Shown one piece after another: positions 18,375-28,294 of a stretch of 64,000 nucleotides of DNA. The DNA comes from Thermodesulfobacteriota bacterium. Lineage in GTDB: Bacteria; Desulfobacterota; Desulfobacteria; Desulfobacterales; SURF-7. Position 1 is the stretch's first letter. The number at the start of each line of letters is the position of its first letter. Both the position numbers and the translations under genes were made by a program. The notes under the pieces are model-generated. The model worked only from the letters and a program-made list of their open reading frames with translations. It searched no databases and was not told the DNA's origin. Location of the stretch: contig JBMORA010000018.1 in NCBI GenBank assembly GCA_049320885.1, forward strand, positions 32,001 through 96,000. Direction: 5' to 3'.

Positions 18375-20510
18375 CTACCGTTGAGACTCGACCGGTTCCA
18401 GGATGATGCGCACGTCAGCCACGACGGCCCCCTCACCCTCCTTGTAGACCAGCAGGGGATTGATATCCAGTTCCTTGATTTCGGGATGGTTGATCACCAG
18501 ATCCGACAAGCTGACCAGCAGTTTATGGATGCATTCGATATCCGCCTTGGGTTTGTTGCGGAACCCGTTCAGCAGGGGGAAACTCTTGATGCTCCGCACC
18601 ATCCGCCTGGCATTGTTCCGGCCCACGGGCGCGAGGCGAAAAACCACATCCTTGAGCAGTTCGACGAATACCCCCCCCAGGCCGAACATGATCAGGGGGC
18701 CGAATCCGGGGTATCGGTTCATGCCCAGGATCACCTCATTGCCCGAGGGCGCCAGTTTCTGGACCAGCACCCCTTCGATTTGGGCATCGGCTCTGTAGTT
18801 TCTGGCGTTGGTGATGATCTTGGCATAGGCAGCCCGCACGGCCTTGGCGGTTTTCAGACCGACCATGACGCCGCCGGCGTCGGATTTATGGATGATCTGG
18901 GGCGAAACGATTTTCAGCACCACCGGATACCCGATCCGGTCCGCGATTTCTGTAGCCGCTTCCTCACTGCCGGCCAGTTCCATGGGCAGGATGTTGAAAC
19001 CGTAACATTTCAGCAGACGGGTACCGTCCATCTCCCCAAGATAGGTCTGACCGCTTGCAAGGCATTTCTCGATAATGGATGTCGCCTGATCCTTGTCGTG
19101 CTCCAGCACAAACTGGGCCAGCCGCTGCCGGTCGAGCCAGCGCCGGGCGGAATAGAGTTTGCCAAGCGCCTTGGCGGCGCTTTCGGGAAAGCGGTACACG
19201 GGGACATGATTTTCCTGAAGGTATTTCACACCGGCGGAAACGTCCACAATGCCCATGAAACTGCATACAATCGGTTTGACGGTTCTCTTGGAAATCCGGA
19301 CAATGGCCTCGGCTGTTCCGATGGCGTTGGTCATGGATTGGGGCGTCAGAATCACCAGTGCGCCGTGAACGTTTTCGTCCTTGATGACCGCCTCCAGGGC
19401 GTTCTCATAACGATCCTGGGCCGCATCGCCGATGACATCCACGGGATTGCGGATGTTGGCCGTGGGTGGCAGATGACTGGCCAGCACCTCGATGGTCTCC
19501 TCGTCGAAACGGGCCAGTTCCAGACCGGAAGTCACGGTCACATCCGTGGCGACAATACCGGGTCCGCCGGCGTTGGTGACGATGGCGATCTGGTTCCCAC
19601 TGGGGATTTTCTTGGCCGCGAACGCCGTGGCGTAATCGAACAGCTCGTTGACCGAATCCACCCGGATGATGCCGGCTTCATCGAAAATGGCGTCATAAAC
19701 GGCTTCGGTGCCGGCCAGCGAGCCGGTATGGGAAGCCGCGGCCCGGGCTCCGGCCACGGTGCGGCCGGATTTGATCACCAGAATCGGCGTGGGGCGTTCA
19801 CCGGAAGTGATTCCCTTGACCGTATTGATGAAATTATGGTCTCCGCGGCGCAACTCCTCCATGTAGATCATGATGACTTCCGTATGGAGATCTTCGTGCA
19901 GATAGCGCAACAGATCGAGTTCCTCCACGTCGGCCTTGTTGCCGATGGAGATAAACTTGGAAAAACCGAACCCCCGGTCCGCGGCGAAATCCAGCACCGC
20001 GGTGCACAAGGCGCCGCTCTGGGAAATGAAAGAAATGTTGCCTTCATCGGGCATACGAGCTGAAAAACTGGCATTCAACCGGATATCCCGGTGGGGGTTG
20101 ATCACCCCCAGGCAGTTCGGCCCCACCAGGCGGATGCCGGCCTTCCGGCACAGATCAACGATCCTGTTTTCGATCACCAGGCCTTCCCCGCCCACTTCCC
20201 GGAACCCCGCCGATACGATGACGATCCCCTTGACCCCTTTCTTGACACAGTCTTCCACCGCCGACAGGGCCACTTTGGGCGGCAGGATGATCATGGCCAG
20301 ATCCACCTCATCCGGTATATCCAGCAGGGTCGGATAGGCCTTGATGCATTGGATGGACTTGGCCTTTGGATTGACCGGATACAAGGTTCCCTTGTACCCC
20401 CCTTTTAAGATATTCTGAAAAATATCATGGCCGACCTTGCCGGGAATGGCCGAAGCCCCCAGCACCGCAACCGATTGGGGGGAAAAGATGGCGTCGATTT
20501 TATGGGTCAT
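18375..20510 (-). CDS. Acetate/acyl-CoA ligase (ADP-forming), fused alpha-beta subunits
   Basis: CoA-binding N-terminus, GPNCLG, SQSGA, ASHTGS phospho-His, NPVD, and ATP-grasp HKSDAGGV...ELDINPL. Confidence 0.92.
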   Translation of the reverse strand: MTHKIDAIFSPQSVAVLGASAIPGKVGHDIFQNILKGGYKGTLYPVNPKAKSIQCIKAYPTLLDIPDEVDLAMIILPPKVALSAVEDCVKKGVKGIVIVSAGFREVGGEGLVIENRIVDLCRKAGIRLVGPNCLGVINPHRDIRLNASFSARMPDEGNISFISQSGALCTAVLDFAADRGFGFSKFISIGNKADVEELDLLRYLHEDLHTEVIMIYMEELRRGDHNFINTVKGITSGERPTPILVIKSGRTVAGARAAASHTGSLAGTEAVYDAIFDEAGIIRVDSVNELFDYATAFAAKKIPSGNQIAIVTNAGGPGIVATDVTVTSGLELARFDEETIEVLASHLPPTANIRNPVDVIGDAAQDRYENALEAVIKDENVHGALVILTPQSMTNAIGTAEAIVRISKRTVKPIVCSFMGIVDVSAGVKYLQENHVPVYRFPESAAKALGKLYSARRWLDRQRLAQFVLEHDKDQATSIIEKCLASGQTYLGEMDGTRLLKCYGFNILPMELAGSEEAATEIADRIGYPVVLKIVSPQIIHKSDAGGVMVGLKTAKAVRAAYAKIITNARNYRADAQIEGVLVQKLAPSGNEVILGMNRYPGFGPLIMFGLGGVFVELLKDVVFRLAPVGRNNARRMVRSIKSFPLLNGFRNKPKADIECIHKLLVSLSDLVINHPEIKELDINPLLVYKEGEGAVVADVRIILEPVESQR

Positions 20511-21396
20511 GGAATCGTTCTCCTTTTATTTTCATTGCCTGTTCATACACTTTTTTCCTGGGAAAATGATACTTCGCCGCAATCCGCCGGGCCACCTCCG
20601 AAGGCCGGGCCCCGGGCTCAGCGAGTGCTTCCGCCAACTCGGCCTCCAGAAATCCATCTCCGGAATCCGGGACGCCGTGCTCACATCCCGCCACCAGCAG
20701 GGTGCATTCCCCCTTGATCAGCGGCCGCTGTTCCAGGCGCGAGGTCAGTTCCGATAAACGCCCCCGCTGAAACTCCTCAAACGTTTTGGTCATCTCCCGG
20801 GAAAGCACCGCCTGTCTGTCCCCGAAAATTCCATGCACACTCTGCAGCAGCCCCATCAGCCGCCTGGGGGACTCATAAAAGATCACGGTCCGCGGCTCCC
20901 GGGCCAGGATTTCCAACTGCTGGACGCGGCGACCGGATTTCCGGGAAAGAAAACCGACGAACACAAAGGAATCGGTGGGCAAACCGGACACGGAAAGAGC
21001 GGCGGTTACCGCCGATACGCCGGGTATGGGAACCACACGGATATGATTCCCGATGGCCGCCTGGACCAGGCGGAAACCCGGATCGGAAACCGAAGGGGTT
21101 CCGGCATCGGAGATCAGGGCAACGCTCAATCCGGATTTGATTTTGTCGATAAGGGAAACACAACGAGCCATTTCGTTGTATTCATGACAGGAAACCAGCA
21201 GCCCTTTGATTCCATGGTGGGCCAGGAGCCGCCGGGCTTCCCGGGTGTCCTCGGCGGCGATCAAGTCAACTTCCCCGAGGATCCGAATGGCCCGCAGCGT
21301 CATATCCTCCATGTTGCCGATGGGGGTTGCGACGACATACAACACCCCTTCTCCGCCGGGAGTTTTTTCCTTATGTGGTGACAAGGGGAAAGGCAT
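20500..21396 (-). CDS. rsmI: 16S rRNA (cytidine1402-2'-O)-methyltransferase
   Basis: LYVVATPIGNMEDMTLRA, AAEDTR, SDAGTPSVSDPG, YESPRR and REMTK motifs. Confidence 0.95.
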   Translation of the reverse strand: MPFPLSPHKEKTPGGEGVLYVVATPIGNMEDMTLRAIRILGEVDLIAAEDTREARRLLAHHGIKGLLVSCHEYNEMARCVSLIDKIKSGLSVALISDAGTPSVSDPGFRLVQAAIGNHIRVVPIPGVSAVTAALSVSGLPTDSFVFVGFLSRKSGRRVQQLEILAREPRTVIFYESPRRLMGLLQSVHGIFGDRQAVLSREMTKTFEEFQRGRLSELTSRLEQRPLIKGECTLLVAGCEHGVPDSGDGFLEAELAEALAEPGARPSEVARRIAAKYHFPRKKVYEQAMKIKGERFHDP

Positions 21397-21742
21397 TCTG
21401 CACGATTTCAATCGAGGGGGTTTCCCTGCTGGAATCAACGGCCACGACGTCGAATCTTGCCCGGTCATGCATCCGGCCGGTCTCTTTCAAAAACACCAGG
21501 GCCGCCAGGGATATCTTTCTCTGCTTGGCCGGTGTCACCGCGTATTTGGGATTGCCGTACCGGTGGGAGCGTCTGGCTTTGACCTCCACAAAAACGATCA
21601 CATCGCCTTCCATGGCGATGATATCGATCTCCCCGAGGCGGTTGCGATAGTTCTGCGCCAGAATCCGATAGCCGCGGCGTTTCAAGGCCTTGACCGCCAG
21701 CAGTTCTCCCTTGCCGCCGAATATCTGTTGCTTGTTCAACAT
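21371..21742 (-). CDS. yraN: YraN family (UPF0102) endonuclease-like protein
   Basis: GEIDII, VFVEVKAR and RFDVV motifs; usual position after rnhB. Confidence 0.93.
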   Translation of the reverse strand: MLNKQQIFGGKGELLAVKALKRRGYRILAQNYRNRLGEIDIIAMEGDVIVFVEVKARRSHRYGNPKYAVTPAKQRKISLAALVFLKETGRMHDRARFDVVAVDSSRETPSIEIVQNAFPLVTT

Positions 21743-21833
21743 GATCGGGCACCCTGAAACGTCCACTCCTAGCGCTCTTGATCGGCCGTCGGGAACCGCT
21801 GGTTGTCATCGGCCGGCTTTCCGTTGGGAACGT

Positions 21834-22436
21834 CTATGCTGCATATTCCCGGGCTCCGCTGAAAGTCCGCCGGTGGATGGGACAGCAGCCGAACCGGCGG
21901 ATGGCCTCTTTGTGCGCTTTTGTCGGATAGCCTTTATGGCTGGAAAAACCGAATTGGGGAAACTCCTGGTCATATCGTCCCATCAACCGGTCACGGGTGA
22001 CCTTGGCGACAATGGAAGCCGCCGCGATGGAAATGCTCAGGGAATCCCCTTTTTTGATGGCCTGCTGGGGCAAGGAGGTTTGAATCCCGAACGGGCCGTC
22101 GATCAACAAATGATCCGGCTGGGGCGAGAGGTTGCGGACGGAAAGCTCCATGGCGCAGAGGGACGCCTGCAAGATATTGATCCGGTCGATCTCGGCCGCG
22201 TCCACAATCCCGATCCCTACCGCGGTTGCCTGGCGATAGATCTCCCCGTACAATCGTTCCCGCTGTCTCTCCGTGAGTGTTTTGGAATCCTTCACGCCAT
22301 CCAGGGCAACCCCATGGGGCAGGATCACGGCTGCGGAAACCACCGGGCCGGCCAACGGACCCCGACCGGCCTCGTCGATTCCAGCGATCCTGGAAAAGCC
22401 CCGCTCTCGCAGCATCGTTTCCAACGTCCACATCAC
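21834..22436 (-). CDS. rnhB: Ribonuclease HII
   Basis: GIDEAGRGPLAGPV, DSK, IAAASIVAKVTRD, HKGYPT and HRRTF motifs. Confidence 0.97.
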   Translation of the reverse strand: MMWTLETMLRERGFSRIAGIDEAGRGPLAGPVVSAAVILPHGVALDGVKDSKTLTERQRERLYGEIYRQATAVGIGIVDAAEIDRINILQASLCAMELSVRNLSPQPDHLLIDGPFGIQTSLPQQAIKKGDSLSISIAAASIVAKVTRDRLMGRYDQEFPQFGFSSHKGYPTKAHKEAIRRFGCCPIHRRTFSGAREYAA

Positions 22437-22534
22437 GGTTTTCCCGCCTGTTGTCCTGTCGCCGGCGTCAGTGGTGCCATGGGAGACCGGCGGAATCCAG
22501 GATCACACAAGGTTACCATTGCTGCGGCAGAAGC

Positions 22535-22879
22535 TCAGAAACGACGTTCCTTGATCCTGGCCGCCTTACCGCGCAGGTTCCTCAAATAATAGATTTTCGC
22601 GCGCCGCACCTTGCCGCGGCTGTTGACTTCAATCCGGTCGATAACCGGCGAATGTAATGGAAATATCCGCTCAACACCCACGCCGTAAGATACCTTGCGG
22701 ACGGTAAACGTGGCATTGGTCATACCCCGGCGCCGGCTGATCACGACACCCTGGAAGGCCTGAACTCTTTCCTTCTCACCCTCCTTGATGCGCACATGTA
22801 CGGTAACGGTATCTCCAGGAGCGAAATCAGGATGATCCAGCCTCATCTGTTCGCGTTCAATCGCTTCAATCAATTGCAT
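22535..22879 (-). CDS. rplS: 50S ribosomal protein L19
   Basis: [26 protein letters not shown]...GVERIFP...[10 protein letters not shown]. Confidence 0.98.
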   Translation of the reverse strand: MQLIEAIEREQMRLDHPDFAPGDTVTVHVRIKEGEKERVQAFQGVVISRRRGMTNATFTVRKVSYGVGVERIFPLHSPVIDRIEVNSRGKVRRAKIYYLRNLRGKAARIKERRF

Positions 22880-22891
22880 GTTCTTTTCTCC

Positions 22892-23467
22892 TTATCTGTT
22901 TTCTCCCATCAGACGATCGAATACAATGGACGCAGCCGATCGAACCGAGAGATGATTATATTCCGTGGGGCCTTTCACTGGCTCCAGTATGATGTCCGCC
23001 GCCTGGATCATTTCCTCCGCCAGCCCCCAGGCCGTTCCGAACAGAAACAAAAAAACACCCTCCTCCTTAAGACGGGCGCGCATGTCCTGAAATCCGATGG
23101 CTCCGGGCTTCCGCCGGGCGCTGGTGACAACGGTTATCGGCTCTCTCCCGGTCCATCGACGTATATCCGCTTGTACGCCCGCCACGGAATCCATGATCCG
23201 GATCAAATCCAGAGCCTGCTTTCTGGCCGGATTCCGGAAGGCGGCCACCCCACCGGACCAGTGGGATACAATCCGTTTGACCATCGCCTGCTGATCCACA
23301 AGGGGTGTCACCACGTAATACCCCGCAAGGCCATAGGTCTTCGCCGTCCTGGCAATATCATGCAAATCCAGGTTGGTCACGGCGGAAGCAATGGTTCCGC
23401 CATCCTTGTCCGCCACCGGATAATGAATCAGGGCCACATATGCATCAGCTGCTGATGAGGTCTTCAA
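22892..23467 (-). CDS. SPOUT-family RNA methyltransferase (TrmD-associated, DUF2168-type)
   Basis: ALIHYPV, TNLDLHDIAR, FGTAWGL and YNHLSVRSAASIVFDRL motifs; overlaps the trmD end. Confidence 0.88.
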   Translation of the reverse strand: MKTSSAADAYVALIHYPVADKDGGTIASAVTNLDLHDIARTAKTYGLAGYYVVTPLVDQQAMVKRIVSHWSGGVAAFRNPARKQALDLIRIMDSVAGVQADIRRWTGREPITVVTSARRKPGAIGFQDMRARLKEEGVFLFLFGTAWGLAEEMIQAADIILEPVKGPTEYNHLSVRSAASIVFDRLMGENR

Positions 23468-24194
23468 TCGTGCGACACCACTTCTTCAGTATCCCGATTT
23501 CCCGGTCGCTCAATACTTTTTTTTTCAGCAGGTCCGGCCGTTTTAATAGCGTCCGGACCAACGAGGATTCCAGCCGCCAGTTATCAATCTCCCGATGGTT
23601 GCCATTCAGGAGGACTTCCGGAACTTCCTCGCCCCGAAACACAGCCGGACGGGTATAATGCGCATGCTCCAAAAGCCCTTCCTCGAAGGAATCCCGCTCG
23701 GCGGAGTCTTCCCCGCCCAACGCCCCGGGAATAAAACGCGTCAACGCGTCGATAATGGCCGCCGCGGCCAGCTCGCCGCCGGTCAGGACGTAATCGCCGA
23801 TGGAAATTTCCTCGTCGACCCTGTCCAGGATGATCCGTTCATCCACGCCCTCGTACCGACCGCAAACCAGGATCAGACCCTCTTCCCGGGACAAGGCCCG
23901 GGCCAGAAACTGATCAAACTTTCGCCCCTGGGGAGAAAGCAGGATGGTTCTGGCGGACGGCATCCGCGACTTTACGGCATCGATGGCGCCCTCCAAGGGC
24001 TCCGGTTTCATCACCATGCCGCTTCCGCCGCCGTAAGGCCGATCATCCGTCACGCGGTGCCGTCCCTCGGCAAAATCGCGGATATCAACGGCATGAACGG
24101 CTATCAACCCGCTTTCGACCGCCCGCCGGACGATCCCGTACCCCAGAAACGAGGCGATCATTTCCGGAAAGATCGTCAGAACCGCGATATTCAT
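23445..24194 (-). CDS. trmD: tRNA (guanine37-N1)-methyltransferase
   Basis: DDRPYGGGSGMVMK, SPQG, CGRYEGVDER, SIGDYVLTGGE and YTRP motifs. Confidence 0.98.
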   Translation of the reverse strand: MNIAVLTIFPEMIASFLGYGIVRRAVESGLIAVHAVDIRDFAEGRHRVTDDRPYGGGSGMVMKPEPLEGAIDAVKSRMPSARTILLSPQGRKFDQFLARALSREEGLILVCGRYEGVDERIILDRVDEEISIGDYVLTGGELAAAAIIDALTRFIPGALGGEDSAERDSFEEGLLEHAHYTRPAVFRGEEVPEVLLNGNHREIDNWRLESSLVRTLLKRPDLLKKKVLSDREIGILKKWCRTIEDLISS

Positions 24195-24228
24195 CTTCCT
24201 GCGACACCGCCTTTTTCATGAGCCCCGG

Positions 24229-24738
24229 TCATAGCCCATCCGGGAGCCTAACCCGCATCCGCCCTGCCCGCAGATCGACATCCAAAATCACCGATTGAAG
24301 CGCTGGCACCAGGGTTTCCCTGGCGCCGTCCGTCACCACATACACATCGTTGCTGCCGGTGGGGACAATCTCCCGCACGCATCCCAGATAAACGTCGTCC
24401 TCCCCGTACACCCGGAGTCCCAGAATATCGCACCAGTAATACGTGCCCTCCTCCGGCTCCGGCAACTGTTCCCTCGCCACCAGAATCTCCGCCCCGATCA
24501 ACTCTTCCGCCTGACCGCGATCTTCCAGTCCTTCCAGAGAGAACAAAAGCAGCTGCTTATGGGGGCGGACCCAATTGATGGTCCGCATCTGCCCGCCCGT
24601 GCGCGTTCCTTCCACCAGAATCCGGCCACCCGGTTGAAACAGGGAGGGGTTCTCGGCGTAAGAACGCACCTTCAACTCCCCCTTGACGCCATGGACGCCA
24701 ACAATCTCCGCCATGGTGATGTAACCGTCCCCGCGCAT
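24229..24738 (-). CDS. rimM: Ribosome maturation factor RimM
   Basis: HGVKGELKV, YYWCDILG and TGSNDVYVV motifs; synteny. Confidence 0.96.
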   Translation of the reverse strand: MRGDGYITMAEIVGVHGVKGELKVRSYAENPSLFQPGGRILVEGTRTGGQMRTINWVRPHKQLLLFSLEGLEDRGQAEELIGAEILVAREQLPEPEEGTYYWCDILGLRVYGEDDVYLGCVREIVPTGSNDVYVVTDGARETLVPALQSVILDVDLRAGRMRVRLPDGL

Positions 24739-24742
24739 CCGC

Positions 24743-24973
24743 CTATTCGATAATTTCCAGAACGGTCCGTTTCTTTTCCTTTGCGGCTGCCGCGCTCAGC
24801 AGGGTCCGCAAGGCCTTGGCCGTCCGGCCCTGTTTCCCGATCACTTTGCCAAGATCATCCTTGGCCACTTTCAGTTCCAGAACCGAAGTCTGATTACCCG
24901 TCACCTCCGACACCGCCACCTCTTCCGGATGATCAACTAGCGCCTGTGCGATGTACCTGATCAGTTCTTTCAT
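24743..24973 (-). CDS. khpA: KH-domain RNA-binding protein (KhpA/YlqC)
   Basis: [19 protein letters not shown]...[18 protein letters not shown]; lies between rpsP and rimM. Confidence 0.94.
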   Translation of the reverse strand: MKELIRYIAQALVDHPEEVAVSEVTGNQTSVLELKVAKDDLGKVIGKQGRTAKALRTLLSAAAAKEKKRTVLEIIE

Positions 24974-25018
24974 CCTCCCGCCTCCTTCACCGGTGATTGA
25001 GAAATGGGTATTCAATCC

Positions 25019-25273
25019 CTATGCGGCTTGATTGGCGGCGCTTTCCTTTTTTAACAGGTTTTTCACCGTATCGGTGGGGATGGCGCCCCGATCCAGCCAA
25101 TATTTCAACCTGTCGTTCTGCAGACGCACCTCGGCCGGTTCCGCCACGGGATTGTACGTTCCGACGATTTCCAAAAAACGGCCGTCTCTCGGGCTCTCGC
25201 TGTTCGCCACAACGATACGGTAAAAGGGCCTTTTCTTTGCGCCTTGTCTGGCCAACCTGATTTTCACTGACAT
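25019..25273 (-). CDS. rpsP: 30S ribosomal protein S16
   Basis: [21 protein letters not shown]...[15 protein letters not shown]. Confidence 0.98.
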   Translation of the reverse strand: MSVKIRLARQGAKKRPFYRIVVANSESPRDGRFLEIVGTYNPVAEPAEVRLQNDRLKYWLDRGAIPTDTVKNLLKKESAANQAA

Positions 25274-25286
25274 GCTTGTTTCTCCT

Positions 25287-26618
25287 TTAAAACGGCAATA
25301 GCCCGCGACCGAGGGATCGCAAGCCGCCTTTATTCATTTTCTTAAACACTTTCATTACCTGGGAATAATTCTTCAGCAACGTATTGACATCCTGCACGCG
25401 GGTTCCGCTGCCGGCGGCGATCCGCTTGCGGCGGCTTCCATTGATAATGGCATAATCCCGCCGCTCCTTGGGCGTCATGGAATTGATGATCGCCTCCACC
25501 CGCACCAATTCGCTTTCATCCACCTCCAGCTTTTTAAACTGCTTGTTGTTCGCCACACCGGGAATCATCTTCAGCAGGTCCTTTATGGACCCCAGCTTCC
25601 GCAACTGGACCATCTGATCCCTGAAATCCTCCAGGGAGAATTCGCTCTTCCGGAGCTTTTTTTCCAGTTCGATGGCTTTTTTCTCGTCCACCATATTCTG
25701 GGCTTTCTCGATGAGGGTCAACACATCCCCCATCCCCAGAATCCTGGAAGCCATCCGATCCGGATGAAACGGCTCCAGTTCGCTCAGCTTTTCACCGACA
25801 CCGATAAACTTGACCGGTTTACCGGTGACCGACCGGATGGAAAGAGCAGCCCCGCCCCGGGCATCGCCATCCATTTTGGTCAGAATCACGCCGCCGATTT
25901 CCAGATAACTGTCAAAGGACTGGGCGATGTTGACCGCATCCTGACCGGTCATGGCGTCGGCCACCAGCAGGATGTCGCTGGGAGTGGTGGCCGCCTTGAT
26001 GCGCTGAAGCTCGCCCATCAAATCTTCATCAATATGCAGACGTCCGGCGGTATCCAGAATGAGGGTGTCGCAACCCGATTGGCCCGCGCTTTTCCGGGCC
26101 TGACCGCAGATATCCACCGGATCCATGTCCGTACTGGAGGGAAAAACCGGAACCCCCAACTGGCTGCCAAGCTTGGTCAGTTGCTCGATGGCCGCCGGGC
26201 GATACACATCAGCCGGCACCAACAGCGGTTTCTTGCCCATCTTCCTAAGCAATACCGACAGTTTGCCGGCAGTGGTGGTTTTACCGGATCCCTGCAGCCC
26301 CACCAGCATCACCGCCGCCGGTTTGGCACCGCTCAGTTTCAGCCCCTCATGATGGGCGCCCATCAATTCCGTGAGGGTCTCGTTCACGATTTTAACCACC
26401 TGCTGTCCGGGCGTCAGACTGGACAGCACTTCAACCCCTAAAGCCCGCGATTTGACATCGGCAATGAACTGCTTAACGACCTTGTAATGGACATCCGCCT
26501 CCAGGAGCGCCATGCGGACCTCCCGCAGCCCCTCCTCGATGTTATTCTCCGTTAACTTGCCCTGCCCTTTTAATTTTTTAAATACCGAATTGAGTCGGTC
26601 GCTTAAATTGTCAAACAT
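25287..26618 (-). CDS. ffh: Signal recognition particle protein
   Basis: [31 protein letters not shown] and M-domain [11 protein letters not shown] motifs. Confidence 0.98.
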   Translation of the reverse strand: MFDNLSDRLNSVFKKLKGQGKLTENNIEEGLREVRMALLEADVHYKVVKQFIADVKSRALGVEVLSSLTPGQQVVKIVNETLTELMGAHHEGLKLSGAKPAAVMLVGLQGSGKTTTAGKLSVLLRKMGKKPLLVPADVYRPAAIEQLTKLGSQLGVPVFPSSTDMDPVDICGQARKSAGQSGCDTLILDTAGRLHIDEDLMGELQRIKAATTPSDILLVADAMTGQDAVNIAQSFDSYLEIGGVILTKMDGDARGGAALSIRSVTGKPVKFIGVGEKLSELEPFHPDRMASRILGMGDVLTLIEKAQNMVDEKKAIELEKKLRKSEFSLEDFRDQMVQLRKLGSIKDLLKMIPGVANNKQFKKLEVDESELVRVEAIINSMTPKERRDYAIINGSRRKRIAAGSGTRVQDVNTLLKNYSQVMKVFKKMNKGGLRSLGRGLLPF

Positions 26619-26654
26619 CGGAGCAACACCCCTTAATGAAAAACTAAACTCTTG

Positions 26655-26683
26655 AAATTAATATTTCACCAATGGTATGTCAA
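26655..26683 (-). promoter_or_regulatory. Sigma70-type promoter for the ffh operon
   Basis: Minus strand TTGACA-N17-TAATTT, 37 bp upstream of the ffh ATG. Confidence 0.55.
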
Positions 26684-26699
26684 GGGAAATAATCAATGA

Positions 26700-27770
26700 A
26701 TGAAACCCATTTGGTATATGAACCTGGCGGAACCCCTCATCGACATAAAAAATCTTAATAAAAACCAATTATTGAATTGGCTTGCCGAACAGAAGATCGA
26801 GCGTTTCCGGGCTGACCAGATCTTCAAATGGATCTATCTTCGCCAGGCCGACCATTTCGATCAAATGACCGATCTGGGGAAATCCGTTCGCAGCCGGTTG
26901 ACCGCCGCTTTTTTCATCGAGCGGCTGCCGGTGGAGCGGATCGAGACATCCTGCGACGGCTCCCGGAAATATCTCTTCCGGCTGTCCGACGGCAACCGCA
27001 TCGAGACCGTGTTGATACCGGAAAAAAGCCACCACACCCTGTGCGTCTCCACCCAGGTCGGATGCGCCCAGGGCTGCCGCTTCTGCATGACGGCCCGGCA
27101 GGGATTTGTCCGCAACCTCCGGACAGGGGAAATCATCGCTCAAATCCGGGATGTCCAACAACACATGGCTTCCCCCGCCCAGTTGAAAAACATTGTGTTC
27201 ATGGGCATGGGGGAACCCCTTGCCAATTTCGACAATCTTCTCAGCGCCATCGACATCATTACGGATGGCGACAGCGGGCTGAAATTCTCCACCAGGCGGG
27301 TGACGGTTTCCACCGCCGGCATGGTTCCCAAGATATCGTCTCTGGGCCAGGCAAGCACCGTCAATCTGGCCATATCATTAAACGCCACCGATAACAAGAC
27401 ACGAAGCATGCTGATGCCCATCAACCGCGCCTTCCCCATCGAAGAGCTGCTGGAAGCCTGCGCGCACTATCCCCTTTCGCACCGGCGCAAAATCACCATT
27501 GAATATATCCTGATCCGGGATCTCAACGACTCGCTGGAAAACGCCCGGCGGCTGTCGGATTTCATCCGCCGTCTGAAAGCCAAAATCAACCTGATTCCCT
27601 TCAATGAGCACCCGGGATGTGAATTCAAAACACCGACCGAAAGCACCGTCGAGACGTTTTTGAAATTTCTCCATGACCGGGGGCACACCGCCATTGTTCG
27701 ATACAGCAAGGGACGGGACATCTCGGCCGCCTGCGGTCAACTGCGCGCTGACACGGCCCTGGAATATTAA
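26700..27770 (+). CDS. rlmN: Dual-specificity 23S rRNA/tRNA methyltransferase RlmN (radical SAM)
   Basis: CVSTQVGCAQGCRFC, FMGMGEP, NLIPFN and DISAACGQL motifs. Confidence 0.97.
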   Translation: MKPIWYMNLAEPLIDIKNLNKNQLLNWLAEQKIERFRADQIFKWIYLRQADHFDQMTDLGKSVRSRLTAAFFIERLPVERIETSCDGSRKYLFRLSDGNRIETVLIPEKSHHTLCVSTQVGCAQGCRFCMTARQGFVRNLRTGEIIAQIRDVQQHMASPAQLKNIVFMGMGEPLANFDNLLSAIDIITDGDSGLKFSTRRVTVSTAGMVPKISSLGQASTVNLAISLNATDNKTRSMLMPINRAFPIEELLEACAHYPLSHRRKITIEYILIRDLNDSLENARRLSDFIRRLKAKINLIPFNEHPGCEFKTPTESTVETFLKFLHDRGHTAIVRYSKGRDISAACGQLRADTALEY

Positions 27771-27920
27771 TATCCACTTATAGTCCGCTGTCTCTGGGGG
27801 GAAGGACGGCGTGGAGATGGATGGAAAAAACCGGCGGGCATAAAACGGATCGACTGCGAAACCGCCGCCGCTCCCATGAGATGGCTAAACCGCCCTGGCG
27901 TAACGAAGGCCGCAAGAATT

Positions 27921-27950
27921 AAAAAAGCGCTTGGACTCAAGCGCTTTTTT
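27921..27950. terminator. Bidirectional intrinsic terminator
   Basis: AAAAAAGCGCTTG-GACT-CAAGCGCTTTTTT, a perfect stem with A/T tracts on both sides, between convergent genes. Confidence 0.85.
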
Positions 27951-27974
27951 GAATCTGGTGCGAAGCGAAACGGA

Positions 27975-28175
27975 TCAGCCGCGCACCCGCTTGATGGTTT
28001 GATTTGCAATAAGATCTTGAAATTGCTGCAACAGCTTTCTTTCATACTCATCGATCACGCCGTCACTGTCCGCCATCGCCATGATCTCGTCATATTCCTT
28101 GGGGGTCACCTCGCAATCAGCGATGGCTTTTTTAATCAGCTCACCTAACTGCAACCCGCTTTTCGCCGGTTTCAT
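27975..28175 (-). CDS. Small acidic helical protein with TerB/EF-hand-like motifs
   Basis: GAGGAGGTGGAG RBS; AIADCEVTPKEY and ADSDGVIDEYE helix-loop-helix motifs; 66 aa. Confidence 0.7.
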   Translation of the reverse strand: MKPAKSGLQLGELIKKAIADCEVTPKEYDEIMAMADSDGVIDEYERKLLQQFQDLIANQTIKRVRG

Positions 28176-28294
28176 TCTCCACCTCCTCGCAATCCGTTTT
28201 GCAATATTGACCTGCCGGGTGATCTGCCATTGGTGTATTATACTATATCGCATCCGCCTTGAATGCAACCCCCGGTCCCAACGAAATTATAAGT

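Noticed and set aside
18381..20063. 560-aa plus-strand ORF
   Set aside because: Antisense shadow of the acyl-CoA ligase.
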